A stretch of DNA of 64,000 nucleotides from a virus (taxonomy: Duplodnaviria; Caudoviricetes), in IMG/VR virus record IMGVR_UViG_3300037243_000030, positions 2,512 to 66,511 of that record; one strand, given 5' to 3'. The translations under genes and the position numbers were made by a program. Shown here one piece after another: positions 17,943-28,007 of the stretch; positions within the stretch are counted from its first letter, which is position 1, and every line of letters starts with the position of its first letter. The notes under the pieces were generated by a model. That model saw nothing but the letters and a program-made list of their open reading frames with translations. It searched no databases and was not told where the DNA came from.

Positions 17943-18746
17943 CTATTTCATAAAGACGGTATCTCCGTTATCTAGCTGTTTCGTTAATATGTTTGCGAAA
18001 GATGTTTGCTGGGTTGCTTTTACCGTTGGGATATTTGTGCTTGCCGTCGGCGCCGTAACAGTAACCGGCGTAACTGGTTGATTCCCTTGATTGCTTGGCG
18101 GCGTCGCGGTTTGCGTCATGTCATCACTAGAAACCGCCGTAATATTTGCGGTAGTCGCAACCATAATCTGTTTTAATGTTACTGTGGCTTTCAAGCTGGT
18201 CATAGTCTTGTTATCTCTGGGCGCAACAACTTGTTCGATTAACATATTCTCATAAATATTTAGATTGGTGTTAAGTTCCAATACAGTTCTGCTTTGCTGC
18301 CAGGTCATCAGTTGTTGATAAGCGTTTATTGATCTTCCTTGCTGTGATCCCCATTGTCCCTGCGCAAAGCTGACCATTGCATCGCTCATGCCAATTTCTA
18401 AAGTTACTGTGGCAGGCATCATGTAAGCATGGTCTGATATACTAGCCCCGGTCTGTACAGGATGCTGTGTAATGGTTGATTGTGTGCTGTGATTTTCTGA
18501 AAATACTGCGTCGAAATACCAAGACGTTACCACATTATTACTATCTGTTGATGCAAGATTAGTTTTAATCCCGCATAACTTCGCCCACTGAGGGGGCCTA
18601 AACGGCCCCGGATTTGATACCGAATATGTATCTGGAGTAGGGTTGCCGGTAGGGGCGTTCATATTATTCACAACTGTCGTATATTCCTGCCAGTCTGAAT
18701 AAACCTGGCTGACAGGAACTAAACTGCCGGGTAATTGACCGTTCAT
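17943..18746 (-). CDS. Dit-like baseplate/tail tube initiator protein
   Basis: FDAVFSENH..ITQHPVQTGASISDHAY; YENMLIE; follows tape measure. Confidence 0.75.
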   Translation of the reverse strand: MNGQLPGSLVPVSQVYSDWQEYTTVVNNMNAPTGNPTPDTYSVSNPGPFRPPQWAKLCGIKTNLASTDSNNVVTSWYFDAVFSENHSTQSTITQHPVQTGASISDHAYMMPATVTLEIGMSDAMVSFAQGQWGSQQGRSINAYQQLMTWQQSRTVLELNTNLNIYENMLIEQVVAPRDNKTMTSLKATVTLKQIMVATTANITAVSSDDMTQTATPPSNQGNQPVTPVTVTAPTASTNIPTVKATQQTSFANILTKQLDNGDTVFMK

Positions 18747-18757
18747 AAACTCACCCC

Positions 18758-20443
18758 CTAGGACGTTGAAATACCACTAGCTACTCTGAGTTGCCGCGAT
18801 GTACCAAGCCCTATTTGGGCGTTTAGTTGTTTGGCTATTTCCGCCGCATATTGTGACGGGTTTGAAGTGCCGGGCGGTAGTTGAACGTTTATGGTGCCGA
18901 TGTTGGTATTGACGGAGCTGCCGCTACCGCCCATGCTGCCGTTTGGAGAATAATTGCTTGCTATATAGTTGCCATAACTTTGCCCAGATCCGCCAGGCAT
19001 ATTTGCAGCAACTCTACCTACATATTGCTGATTCTCTGTACTGTTTGCAGTTTTTGGGTTTCTCCAGCTAGGTCCACCATTATAGGCTCTAAGCGCATCG
19101 TTCCAATTACCTTGAGATTTATACATTTCTGCCAAGTAAAGTGTTCCACCCATGATGTTTTGATAGGGGTCAAAGGCATTAGTTACCCCCAGGCTAGCAG
19201 CAGTACTCGGCATTAATTGCATAAGACCCATAGCTCCAGCAGGGGATACTGCCCTAGGATTCCATGTAGACTCAGCGCCAATTACACCACGAATAATGTC
19301 TACAGGTACTCCATATTTCTGAGAAGCAGCACTTATAATATCATCATAGCTACTATTTGATCCCATAGTGTTGGGAGAAATTTGCTGTGAAACACCGGAT
19401 GATCCTGATGGTATATCCCCAGTACTTCCCGCTACTGTCCCTCCAGCAGTATATGTTTCCCAGTCTTTTGCCAATTGTTTGTCCATCTGGTGTAATATTT
19501 TTACAGCGCCCGTTAAATCCCCAGAAAGAAAGGCTGAGATAGCATCAAATAGGCCTGCAAACTGATTTGCCAATAAGTTAGCAAGGTTTATCGTATAAGT
19601 TATTTGTTGGTTAATGCTTTGGAATAAATCTTTTATTGCCTGAGTTTTAAAAAAAGCAGCCACTAGCTTAACGACTGCCCCAGTTAAATTCTCTACTGCT
19701 GTTAGGGCTTGTTTAAGAGCACTTAACTCTCCGTCATCTTTTGCTATATTTAGATAATCTAACCAAACATCATAAAGAGTTTGTACCCAACTAACAATAT
19801 CTGATACAAGATTCAAAATAGGAAGAAAAAAAGCCGCTATTTTACTAGTCCAATCAGACATGTTATTTGTTATCCAATTATTTAACTTAATAAAACCATC
19901 TAAAAGATTATCTATCGGTTTCTGAAGATACTTCATTAACCAATAACCCATCCATTGCATACCATAAGTCATCTCTACTTTAAAACGGGTAAATTCAAAA
20001 CGAACATCACGAATGTGTCTTGCCATTCCTTCTGCATCATTGGGTAATTGCATTTGTTTCTGTTGGTCTATTAATGATAAATATCGTTGCCTTAATTCGG
20101 GCATCCATGCAATATCATTAATGTTTTCGCCCATGGCATCAGTAGCTATCTTATACTCTTTAGCTTGTTGTACGCCCATATACATGTGCAGTGCTAGTTT
20201 TTGATATTGTAAATCCAACTGCGCAGTCTTATCAATCAATCCAGCTGTCGCCGCCGTAATAGTGGTTAAAACAGTCGTTATTGCTGTGGCGGCAACCGTG
20301 TAATTTTTAACCCAACCTGAGGTATGGGACTGAATAGCACTGGAGACGTCCTGCAGGGTTTTGTTGAATTTATTGAATCCTTGGTTATCGACTTGAAAAC
20401 CAAGGGAAACCAAATATTGTTTTATAACGTTTGCAGTATCCAT
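18758..20443 (-). CDS. Tape measure protein with lytic transglycosylase (SLT) domain
   Basis: Helical N-terminal part; VIGAESTWNPRAVSPAGAMGLMQLMP...ALRAYNGG. Confidence 0.9.
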   Translation of the reverse strand: MDTANVIKQYLVSLGFQVDNQGFNKFNKTLQDVSSAIQSHTSGWVKNYTVAATAITTVLTTITAATAGLIDKTAQLDLQYQKLALHMYMGVQQAKEYKIATDAMGENINDIAWMPELRQRYLSLIDQQKQMQLPNDAEGMARHIRDVRFEFTRFKVEMTYGMQWMGYWLMKYLQKPIDNLLDGFIKLNNWITNNMSDWTSKIAAFFLPILNLVSDIVSWVQTLYDVWLDYLNIAKDDGELSALKQALTAVENLTGAVVKLVAAFFKTQAIKDLFQSINQQITYTINLANLLANQFAGLFDAISAFLSGDLTGAVKILHQMDKQLAKDWETYTAGGTVAGSTGDIPSGSSGVSQQISPNTMGSNSSYDDIISAASQKYGVPVDIIRGVIGAESTWNPRAVSPAGAMGLMQLMPSTAASLGVTNAFDPYQNIMGGTLYLAEMYKSQGNWNDALRAYNGGPSWRNPKTANSTENQQYVGRVAANMPGGSGQSYGNYIASNYSPNGSMGGSGSSVNTNIGTINVQLPPGTSNPSQYAAEIAKQLNAQIGLGTSRQLRVASGISTS

Positions 20444-20446
20444 GCG

Positions 20447-20695
20447 TTATCCAGCCCCTTCTCTCTTTAACTCTTGCCACTCTTGAAATCGTCGTTCATT
20501 TTCTCGATCAACGGAATAATATTCATGGAAATTCAGCAGATCCTCAAGAATATATGTTCCATCTTCTAGTTCATGTTGTTGCCATCTTCCCACCGATACA
20601 GGAAGCCATAGATAAGGATCTAACGTAGGGTACGGAAGAGGGTTATACCCTTGAAAGTCTCTTTGTATACCTTCAATACCCTTTCGGCGAAAAAA
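20447..20695 (-). CDS. Tail assembly chaperone extension (-1 frameshift product)
   Basis: Slippery T TTT TTC at 20695-20689; the -1 frame stays open past the chaperone stop: ...YPTLDPYLWLPVSVGRWQQHELEDGTYILEDLLNFHEYYSVDRENERRFQEWQELKREGAG*. Confidence 0.7.
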   Translation of the reverse strand, partial: FFRRKGIEGIQRDFQGYNPLPYPTLDPYLWLPVSVGRWQQHELEDGTYILEDLLNFHEYYSVDRENERRFQEWQELKREGAG

Positions 20696-21078
20696 GCAGA
20701 TATATTGAACTCCAGCACATTCACAACTAGGCTAATTACTACGGCGGGGTCAACCTCTATTTCAGGAATAGACCAGATGCCCTTTGTAGCCATTACCGGC
20801 ACTGTATACTCAACACCGTTAGATTCTTCGACTTGATACCTTTTGCACGCCATCATACAATGATGAATCAAATCAGAAAAATCTTCCTCAGTCATTGCCG
20901 AGCGATTAAACGGCAATACTGGTAATCCCAACTGTGCTTCCATACCCGGAGGAAGCATTTTTACTATTACCTGGCTTGCTATCCACATTGCCGTTGCTAC
21001 GGGTAATTTTGAAATTTGATATTTGATAGGTTTATTATCTTCGTCAGCAATAAAAACGTCTTTAAATCTACTAGACAT
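20620..21078 (-). CDS. Tail assembly chaperone
   Basis: Between tail tube and tape measure; 152 aa. Confidence 0.75.
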   Translation of the reverse strand: MSSRFKDVFIADEDNKPIKYQISKLPVATAMWIASQVIVKMLPPGMEAQLGLPVLPFNRSAMTEEDFSDLIHHCMMACKRYQVEESNGVEYTVPVMATKGIWSIPEIEVDPAVVISLVVNVLEFNISAFFAERVLKVYKETFKGITLFRTLR

Positions 21079-21096
21079 TTTTTAAGACCCCTCCAT

Positions 21097-21549
21097 TTAA
21101 TAGGTAGACGATTGAATATCAGCAAACGGGATCGCCCAACTCACCTTGCCGCCCTGACTGGCATACGCCTTATCGGGATTCTTCGGAATACTCCCGCCAG
21201 TACACTGATGCCCAGTCCCGTCCACGGTATTCCGCAACGTCAACGCCGCATTCGCGAAATTGCTCACGTCGCCACTACGGGCAGCCGAATTAACGAAATT
21301 AAACCAAGACAACAGGTACTTGTGCAATATGGAGGTCTGCTGGCATTCGATAGTAATCGTGCCATTGTCTCCCGCAATATAACTAATTTGAGCGCTTCCA
21401 TCAGCCGCAATATCGGTGGCGGTTTTTTCGGTAGCATAACTAACAGAAATTTGACCTATTCCAATGTTACCGGCAATCGTTATCCCGCCGGCCAACGGAT
21501 GAGTAAAAACGCCCATAAGGTCTTTAAAACTATAAGTTGTTGGTGTCAT
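21097..21549 (-). CDS. Tail tube protein (DUF3277-like)
   Basis: TYSFKDL, DIAADGS, GTITIECQQTS; follows sheath. Confidence 0.8.
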   Translation of the reverse strand: MTPTTYSFKDLMGVFTHPLAGGITIAGNIGIGQISVSYATEKTATDIAADGSAQISYIAGDNGTITIECQQTSILHKYLLSWFNFVNSAARSGDVSNFANAALTLRNTVDGTGHQCTGGSIPKNPDKAYASQGGKVSWAIPFADIQSSTY

Positions 21550-21562
21550 TTTTCATCCCTCC

Positions 21563-22933
21563 TCATGCCTGCGGATATACGCCGATTATGATATTCTGAA
21601 TACCAGATGCCTCGTTAAGACATACATAAACTGGCGGTGATGTCCGGTTTGCTCTCTGCGACGTGGTCAATGTGTTACACGATGGAGCCTGTACGACGTA
21701 ACCCTTCGGCATGGATTCACCATAACTGAGATTTAGCACTTGGGCTAATCCCCAAACGCCAGGAGCAATATAGCCAATGTTCACGAAATTATCGCACTGC
21801 TGGTTAATTGTGTGAATTATCTGGGTAACGCCCTGATCGGTTAACGGCACTTTCGGGCTGTCGCACAGTAAATTCATGACCTGCGTTTGGATGGCATTCG
21901 ACAACATGTCTCTATATAAAACTTGATCCATAAAGTATCCATTAGACATTGCACCCTGCTGAAGAATACTGAATTCGGAATTGTACTGAACATAAACATT
22001 CAGGCCCATACCAAAAGTAGACCCAGGAATGCCGGAAATGTTCGCCACTTGATTGGATGTCAGTGGTTCTGGTGCTAAACCAACTAATTTCATAAACATC
22101 ATTACGAATGCCGAATTCGCAAGCCCGGTATTATTTCCGCAGGCGACGCCCATTGCCATTACAGCGGCATAAACGGATTGGGTAGAGTAAATACCCCAGG
22201 TTCTAGAGTAATTTGCGGCCTGCAGGGTATACCCGACGTTCCCCGCCGTATTAGCTAAAACCGCAGAATCGGACGTGGTAAACATGTACTGAATGTACGG
22301 CATCATAGCTTGAGCCACAGGGGCGATTGCTTCATGGTCGGCGGTAACGGCGTTCAAAGCCACGACTTGGTACCAGGCATTTGAAGCTGAACGACAAGCA
22401 TTAATGGCCTGCAGGCACGTTTCGCCAATGACCGTAATATTGAGTTTACATCCGGTTCCAGATTTGTTGGTGGTAGTCGCCAAGGTGTTAGCTACGGAAT
22501 ATCCGGTACCTTGCGTTACTTGAGAGAAAGTTGTAACAACTCCAGAGCTGACAGCCGTTACTTGGAAAACGCCCCCACTTCCTCCGGACTGAACAACCGT
22601 GATTAAATCGCCCACTGCATAGCCGGTGCCGCCTGTGTTAAGTGTTGCGGTCTGAATCGCCGTGGTATCTTGCAGACCGACCCAAAGGACCAATGGAGCC
22701 GGATTCTGGTCAAAATATGCCAAAGACGCTAGGTATTCAGGGCTTGAGGAATTGAATCCATAACTCAGTAACCCAGACGGACTCTGGAAAGATACTAATC
22801 TCGTTGCATTTGGAATAACAACTGAACTACCAATAACCAAGCCTTGGTTAAATGTTTCATTGGCTACAGCAACGGGGGAAACGTTTACAACAACGTCGAC
22901 TATGGTATTCAGGTTTAAGACTGGATTGGACAA
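21563..22933 (-). CDS. Tail sheath protein (DUF3383)
   Basis: SPEYLASLAYFDQNP, FMKLVGLAPE, LL....KVPLTDQG, RANRTSP. Confidence 0.88.
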   Translation of the reverse strand: MSNPVLNLNTIVDVVVNVSPVAVANETFNQGLVIGSSVVIPNATRLVSFQSPSGLLSYGFNSSSPEYLASLAYFDQNPAPLVLWVGLQDTTAIQTATLNTGGTGYAVGDLITVVQSGGSGGVFQVTAVSSGVVTTFSQVTQGTGYSVANTLATTTNKSGTGCKLNITVIGETCLQAINACRSASNAWYQVVALNAVTADHEAIAPVAQAMMPYIQYMFTTSDSAVLANTAGNVGYTLQAANYSRTWGIYSTQSVYAAVMAMGVACGNNTGLANSAFVMMFMKLVGLAPEPLTSNQVANISGIPGSTFGMGLNVYVQYNSEFSILQQGAMSNGYFMDQVLYRDMLSNAIQTQVMNLLCDSPKVPLTDQGVTQIIHTINQQCDNFVNIGYIAPGVWGLAQVLNLSYGESMPKGYVVQAPSCNTLTTSQRANRTSPPVYVCLNEASGIQNIIIGVYPQA

Positions 22934-22945
22934 GAAATATCACCT

Positions 22946-23584
22946 CTATTCATTTGTTATGGTGACGGTATTTATAGCGGAATCATTGGACTGGCTGACA
23001 ACCGGAACCTCAGCGATTGTGGCAATTGAAGTGTTGCGAATAACGGACTCGTAAAACTGGGCACTTAAATCCCATCGCTCCCACCACTGGCCCATGAAGT
23101 TTTCCGGCGCCCGGATAGGGTCATCAACTTCGGACATTAGGTATAAATTGTTGGCCACAAATAAATCATGGATACCGTCGTAAAATAGTTGGTCCCGAAT
23201 ATTAACGGCGTTTATCATGGCATCAGGTCCGTAGCACTCCCAGAACACCTGCCAAACACGGGTATAACTGGTTGATTGGTTGAGATTTTCAGAAACAATA
23301 TTGCATTTACTATAAGAAAACAGTTGGTTAAAATATTGAGTTGTGGTGATTGGAGTAAGTTGAACTTCCCGGATTTTGTTGTAATGGTGACCCGATACCG
23401 GCACGATTCGTAAAAACACATAATCCGAATTAATAGTAAAACCCGGCGCACCTTGTTGGGGCCAGGTTTGACGTATCATTGATTTAGTTGCTGTTGCTGT
23501 TGGGTCCAGTCCGAGCATTGTCGCCGTATTAACAAAAAACAGGCTTTTTAAGCCTGCAGTAAGATTTATTTGGTCTGTTGCCAT
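22946..23584 (-). CDS. Neck/tail terminator protein
   Basis: RQTWPQQGAP, YGPDA, WWERWDL; synteny. Confidence 0.7.
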   Translation of the reverse strand: MATDQINLTAGLKSLFFVNTATMLGLDPTATATKSMIRQTWPQQGAPGFTINSDYVFLRIVPVSGHHYNKIREVQLTPITTTQYFNQLFSYSKCNIVSENLNQSTSYTRVWQVFWECYGPDAMINAVNIRDQLFYDGIHDLFVANNLYLMSEVDDPIRAPENFMGQWWERWDLSAQFYESVIRNTSIATIAEVPVVSQSNDSAINTVTITNE

Positions 23585-23998
23585 TTAAGCACCTGCCATT
23601 CGCACGCCGCAGGCTTTGTAATACCCATAACTCAGATAAGTAAAATCTTGCCATACTCGGTAGGTGTCACCGTTCCAGACAAGCTGGTCAGCCGTCCCAG
23701 GATCAGAGTGTGAAGTTAATAACGGCTGTGAAACATCGCTATAAAACACCATCATACCCTCTACCCTGTCGCCCTCAGGTACCTGTAAAACGTCCTTGGA
23801 GTTGGCCGCGATTACTGGTCCCCAATAAGTTATCGGCGTAGGATTGGGATCAGGAGTCCATTCACCGTCGTCACTCCACTGCCCGGTATTGTGATAAACG
23901 GTATAAGTCTGGGCTAACAGCGGGGAATTAATTATTCTGGAAAGATTAATCATCGCCTTCACCTGCCTGCTGGCCGTTTTCGCGGAGGACCCAAACAA
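23585..23998 (-). CDS. Head-tail joining (closure) protein (likely start 23953)
   Basis: VPEGDRVEGM, DQLVWNGDTYRV; synteny. Confidence 0.7.
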   Translation of the reverse strand: MFGSSAKTASRQVKAMINLSRIINSPLLAQTYTVYHNTGQWSDDGEWTPDPNPTPITYWGPVIAANSKDVLQVPEGDRVEGMMVFYSDVSQPLLTSHSDPGTADQLVWNGDTYRVWQDFTYLSYGYYKACGVRMAGA

Positions 23999-24506
23999 TT
24001 GCTTTCTGCATTTGAGCTGTATCTATAAGTGTGGTCGTAGCTTCGCCTGGATTGGCGAGAGCTTCTTTTTTCTTTTTGCCCCGCATTTTATCAATTTTCC
24101 GCGCTATTGTTTCGGGTGAATCCGGAGGCCATCCATTACGCTGGTCATAAAACCATTCTTGAGCCATGGTTTGACCCATCAATCCAACGGCTTTAAGTTG
24201 TTTTTTCGCCTGTGCCGGCTTACCTTCCAGTAGTAACTGTGCGGCTGTTCCCATTCCCTCAGATAACTTCGCTTGCCCATGCTCAATAGCTGGTTCAATT
24301 ACTGGTCTTGCAGGGATGTGGCGTAACGCGCTACCATGCGTATGAATATACAATAACTCCGCATTATTTACAGTATCAGTACCCTTCCTCGCCGACTTGT
24401 TCTCCGGTATCCCCACCAGCACATCCATATTCATCAACGCGGCCATGTCTTTTTTGATCTTATCCAGTCCGGGACCAGATGCTGACGCTGACGCTTTCGC
24501 AGTCAT
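23946..24506 (-). CDS. Neck/virion morphogenesis protein
   Basis: VLVGIPE, NNAELLYIHTHG, IPARP, LIDTAQM. Confidence 0.75.
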   Translation of the reverse strand: MTAKASASASGPGLDKIKKDMAALMNMDVLVGIPENKSARKGTDTVNNAELLYIHTHGSALRHIPARPVIEPAIEHGQAKLSEGMGTAAQLLLEGKPAQAKKQLKAVGLMGQTMAQEWFYDQRNGWPPDSPETIARKIDKMRGKKKKEALANPGEATTTLIDTAQMQKAIVWVLRENGQQAGEGDD

Positions 24507-25024
24507 CGCACCACCATTCCCCCACGGCCAACCATCCTAGCCATCGATGCTAACTGAATCCCGAACGATGTCGTTTTCCACATGGCCCACCCAGGGAGAT
24601 CCCCGGCAACCGACGATATATCATAACTGCCGGAAACGTCACCCGCAGATACCGCCGATTCGGGAAACATTGCTTGCGCTGTTGCTACTACCTGCGCTGC
24701 TGTCGAGTTTGGCCCGGATTGCGTCTGCAACCACAACGTACAAAAATGCGCCGTATACAGACACATGGCGTATTGCCACATTGAATGCCATCGTACCTGC
24801 AGGATAGATGCATTAGCCATCGTGATATACATTTGCTGGATTGTTATAGGCACAAGCATATTATTGTCTGGCGTCTGGGTATCACCGAACTGCGGGAAAA
24901 CCGCCAGGAAATTGGAGATAGTAAATGTCGGGTTCGAGCCGACAAGAATATTTGATGCTCCAGATGTAATCTGCTGGGCCATCGCCTCAACGTTATTGCC
25001 GTATGGGCCAATCACTTCGTACAT
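24503..25024 (-). CDS. Head-tail connector (DUF4054)
   Basis: FLAVFPQF, LYTAHF, SAGDVSGSYD, TTSFGIQL. Confidence 0.8.
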   Translation of the reverse strand: MYEVIGPYGNNVEAMAQQITSGASNILVGSNPTFTISNFLAVFPQFGDTQTPDNNMLVPITIQQMYITMANASILQVRWHSMWQYAMCLYTAHFCTLWLQTQSGPNSTAAQVVATAQAMFPESAVSAGDVSGSYDISSVAGDLPGWAMWKTTSFGIQLASMARMVGRGGMVVR

Positions 25025-25036
25025 ATCATCACGTCC

Positions 25037-25534
25037 TTAATTTTTCGCGGGACGTCCTCGTTTAACGGGTTCGGTTACCGGAATGTCTTGCTTGTCGTCA
25101 CTGATCAGACAGTTAATCGCATCAGCTTCGCCTGTGCGGGTATCCTGGAACACAACAGGAATTGCTTTTGCAACGCTCGGATCGGGCATTTGATCGCCTT
25201 CGGCTCGATAGATAGGCGGGTTGAGTTTGGGTTTTTCTCCAACGTCATCAAGCGGCACGCCGCCACCAGTGAGGTTGTTTTCCTCTTTCAAACGCCGATT
25301 TTCTTCTTCAAGTGCCTGGATTTTTTCGTTGAGTTTCAAAACGTCTTCGTTTTCACCAGCACCGGAATAGGTCTGAATGCTTTTATCGGCAATCGCCATT
25401 TTGAAATATGGATGATCCGCTACCCAGTCCGGCAGGGCACAGAAACCCACTTTAGTAGAAACCCGAATAAGTTGACCGTGTTTGTCGATTTCGCCACGGT
25501 CAAACGATAGTGTTTTGTTTGCAAATACTTTCAT
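25037..25534 (-). CDS. Hypothetical virion-associated protein
   Basis: VGFCALPDWVADHPYF; typical position after the capsid gene. Confidence 0.65.
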   Translation of the reverse strand: MKVFANKTLSFDRGEIDKHGQLIRVSTKVGFCALPDWVADHPYFKMAIADKSIQTYSGAGENEDVLKLNEKIQALEEENRRLKEENNLTGGGVPLDDVGEKPKLNPPIYRAEGDQMPDPSVAKAIPVVFQDTRTGEADAINCLISDDKQDIPVTEPVKRGRPAKN

Positions 25535-25561
25535 TGTTCTCCCCCTCTGATGTAATAGAAA

Positions 25562-25589
25562 AGGACACCAATCGTTTGACTGGTGTCCT
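25562..25589 (-). terminator. Hairpin terminator downstream of HNH gene
   Basis: AGGACACCA...TGGTGTCCT with T-rich tails. Confidence 0.55.
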
Positions 25590-25603
25590 CGTCTTTTTTA
25601 GTT

Positions 25604-26281
25604 TTACTTTGGTTTGCGTTTTATTCGTTTGGCATCTTTATTCGTATTCGTCAGTGTAGGACTGTAACGGGGCGGTGCAGTTATTGCTTCTTCAAACGAC
25701 CACCCACGCTGATAAATTCGCTGACGCAGTTGGTAATAAGAAACGCCTTTGATTTTGGCCCAATCAGGCAATACATGAGTTTCACCCTCATATGTGTAAA
25801 ATTTTGATCGCCTTTGATTGTTAACTTGCATTTTTTGGTCAGCCCACCGGCAGTTTAACGGTTCATAGTCACCATTATTATCTTTTCTATCAAGAGATAC
25901 TTTCCTTCCGTTTTCTGAAGGATCTCCCATGTCTTTGTAGAAATTTTCGAAGATTAACCATCGTTTACATACTTTTATGCCTCTTCCGCCATAGTCTTTA
26001 TATTGTTTATCGTTCGGATTAAAGCATCGGCTTTTAATATGGCACCAAGCATCATAAACTTTTGATCCTTCTTTACCATGCTTGAATTGCGTCTCCGCCG
26101 CTCGTTCTTTTTGTAAACACCCACAGCTTTGAGTAGTTCCTCTTTTTAAACTTGGTGGCAATATCCATTTATATATACCGCATTGACACAGACAAAGCCA
26201 CCTTGCTTTTTCATGGTCATACTCTATTACTGTTAGTCTACCAAACTTTTGCCCCGCAAGATTTTTTAACCTCATTACCAC
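25604..26281 (-). CDS. Free-standing HNH homing endonuclease
   Basis: GQKFGRLTV, WLCLCQCG, SCGC, YGGRGIKVC.RW, LDRKDNNGDYEPLNCRWA. Confidence 0.9.
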   Translation of the reverse strand: MVMRLKNLAGQKFGRLTVIEYDHEKARWLCLCQCGIYKWILPPSLKRGTTQSCGCLQKERAAETQFKHGKEGSKVYDAWCHIKSRCFNPNDKQYKDYGGRGIKVCKRWLIFENFYKDMGDPSENGRKVSLDRKDNNGDYEPLNCRWADQKMQVNNQRRSKFYTYEGETHVLPDWAKIKGVSYYQLRQRIYQRGWSFEEAITAPPRYSPTLTNTNKDAKRIKRKPK

Positions 26282-26285
26282 ATCA

Positions 26286-26327
26286 CCCCTTTATACATAT
26301 TTTACTATATATAAAGGGGGTTGTCAA
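26286..26327 (-). promoter_or_regulatory. HNH promoter with RBS-occluding inverted repeat
   Basis: TTGACA-N17-TAAAAT; CCCCTTTATA / TATAAAGGGG 10-bp inverted repeat includes the SD. Confidence 0.75.
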
Positions 26328-26354
26328 TAAACTATATGGTAAAATTACACTGAA

Positions 26355-27398
26355 CTAAATTCCATCAACCGCTGCCATTGTGGTCGGAGCAAGTAGTTTT
26401 AATTGACTGAATTGCCCACTGTATAATGTTTCGTAACTTGCGCTTAAAACACTAGGGGCTGTCATGATCCTAGTTAAAGGGACTGTAAGATCCCAGTTAA
26501 CTCTCAACGGATCTTTAACATAAGCCAGCATTCTCTGAGTCGAACCAACACCAGCACCAAGTGCCCACACGCTAGGATAAATGCCCAGCGTCCGGCCCTG
26601 GTTAACGCAGATGTTATTCTTCAACAGGTATTCAATAATTGATTGAGTACCAGCCAGCGATACCATCTGATTGCAAATATAGGAATAGTTGTACGGATCA
26701 ATCAGAATGTGATTCGCCATACCAGACAGATCATTGCCGGAGTTCTGCCAGGTCAGTGTGATCAACTGATTGATATCGTACATAATTTCATTAGGGGTTT
26801 TGTTGACCCAGAGCCGCGAATTACCGGCTGAATTCATTGCCGCCAAAGACGAAGTAATTAACGGACTATTGAACAGGCCAGTAGTGGCAGCTTTTGAAAT
26901 GCCGTTATATACGTTACGATCCATGACTTTGTTCCAGTTCAGGCGGATGCCGGTGTCGAGAATCTGCGACAGTGAACGTCCGACCTGTTGCATAGCCAAA
27001 TCATCAAAAACGGGAAGCCGGAGAACTTCACCGAATTTGTTGGTCTGCCAGATGTCTTTGCTCACATTGGCCTGGGAAATTGGCACATTGTTAGTTTCTT
27101 TGCCCATGATCGAATCTTCTTCGTTGCCAGTCGTGCTGTAATCAACGAACACATTCGACACGGTTTCAACCCATCCGCCACCAGGAAGAACATCAACGTC
27201 TCTGGGATAAAAATATGAAGTAAGCGGTTCAATCAATCTGGGGTCTTGCTTCTCCAACTCACCAATTAAAAAAGCCCCGGAACTCGCTGTTCCAGCGTCA
27301 TAACCAGGACCGTAATACCCTTGCATTGGTTGGAATGCGCCTTTGGTGCCGTCTCTAAGTGCGGCGTCCATAGCAGAAGCTTTAAAAATGCTATTCAT
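26355..27398 (-). CDS. Major capsid protein (DUF2184 family)
   Basis: FLIGELEKQDPRLIEPL..YFYPRD; head operon position. Confidence 0.9.
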   Translation of the reverse strand: MNSIFKASAMDAALRDGTKGAFQPMQGYYGPGYDAGTASSGAFLIGELEKQDPRLIEPLTSYFYPRDVDVLPGGGWVETVSNVFVDYSTTGNEEDSIMGKETNNVPISQANVSKDIWQTNKFGEVLRLPVFDDLAMQQVGRSLSQILDTGIRLNWNKVMDRNVYNGISKAATTGLFNSPLITSSLAAMNSAGNSRLWVNKTPNEIMYDINQLITLTWQNSGNDLSGMANHILIDPYNYSYICNQMVSLAGTQSIIEYLLKNNICVNQGRTLGIYPSVWALGAGVGSTQRMLAYVKDPLRVNWDLTVPLTRIMTAPSVLSASYETLYSGQFSQLKLLAPTTMAAVDGI

Positions 27399-27416
27399 TG
27401 TATGTCATCCCTCCTA

Positions 27417-28007
27417 TTACGGATTTACCGCGTATTTGATGGTTATTTCAGTGTTCAGGTTGGTGTCAAGCTTGCCGGTTGTAAAGCAAACATTCGGCAA
27501 CGCAACGGCGGTCGCACCACTCAGAGTGGTCGTGGCAGTTGCCCAAGAACCGATAGGCGAAGTCGCATTACCAACAGTAACGGCGTAAACGGTGCCTCCA
27601 GTGGTCGGCGTGCCTTCAGGAAGGTTGACAACGCAGGTACCTTCAATGAGACGATCACAGGGCTGGGCACCAGGCAGATAAGATCCTGCCGGAGAACCGC
27701 CGCCAGAACCGAGCGCATAAGTGAAGGTCTGTTGAACTTCGGCCACGGCAACGCCAGCGAAATTTGCGGCAACAGATGAGGCGACACCAGTACCAGTTTG
27801 GCCCCAAAGGGATACAGTATTGGTGGTGGTTCCAGCAGTGCTGTTAAGGATCAACGGAGCACCAAACGGTACGGCGGACATCTGCTGAACACCAGAACCA
27901 TTTAAGAGGGAATAGACGAATTTGGCGTCAATTTTATTGAACGGGTTCCGGGAGACTTTACCGGCATACCCTAGGTTGAGATCTTTTGCGATTACAGTAC
28001 AAGGCAT
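27417..28007 (-). CDS. Capsid cement/decoration protein
   Basis: GYAGKVSR..., FAGVAV; immediately before the capsid gene. Confidence 0.75.
   Translation of the reverse strand: MPCTVIAKDLNLGYAGKVSRNPFNKIDAKFVYSLLNGSGVQQMSAVPFGAPLILNSTAGTTTNTVSLWGQTGTGVASSVAANFAGVAVAEVQQTFTYALGSGGGSPAGSYLPGAQPCDRLIEGTCVVNLPEGTPTTGGTVYAVTVGNATSPIGSWATATTTLSGATAVALPNVCFTTGKLDTNLNTEITIKYAVNP

Noticed and set aside
27161-27178. Further copy of the cassette end (TTTCAACCC-ATCCG) in the capsid gene
   Set aside because: Wrong spacing, no AGAGCC terminus, and the capsid ORF is intact
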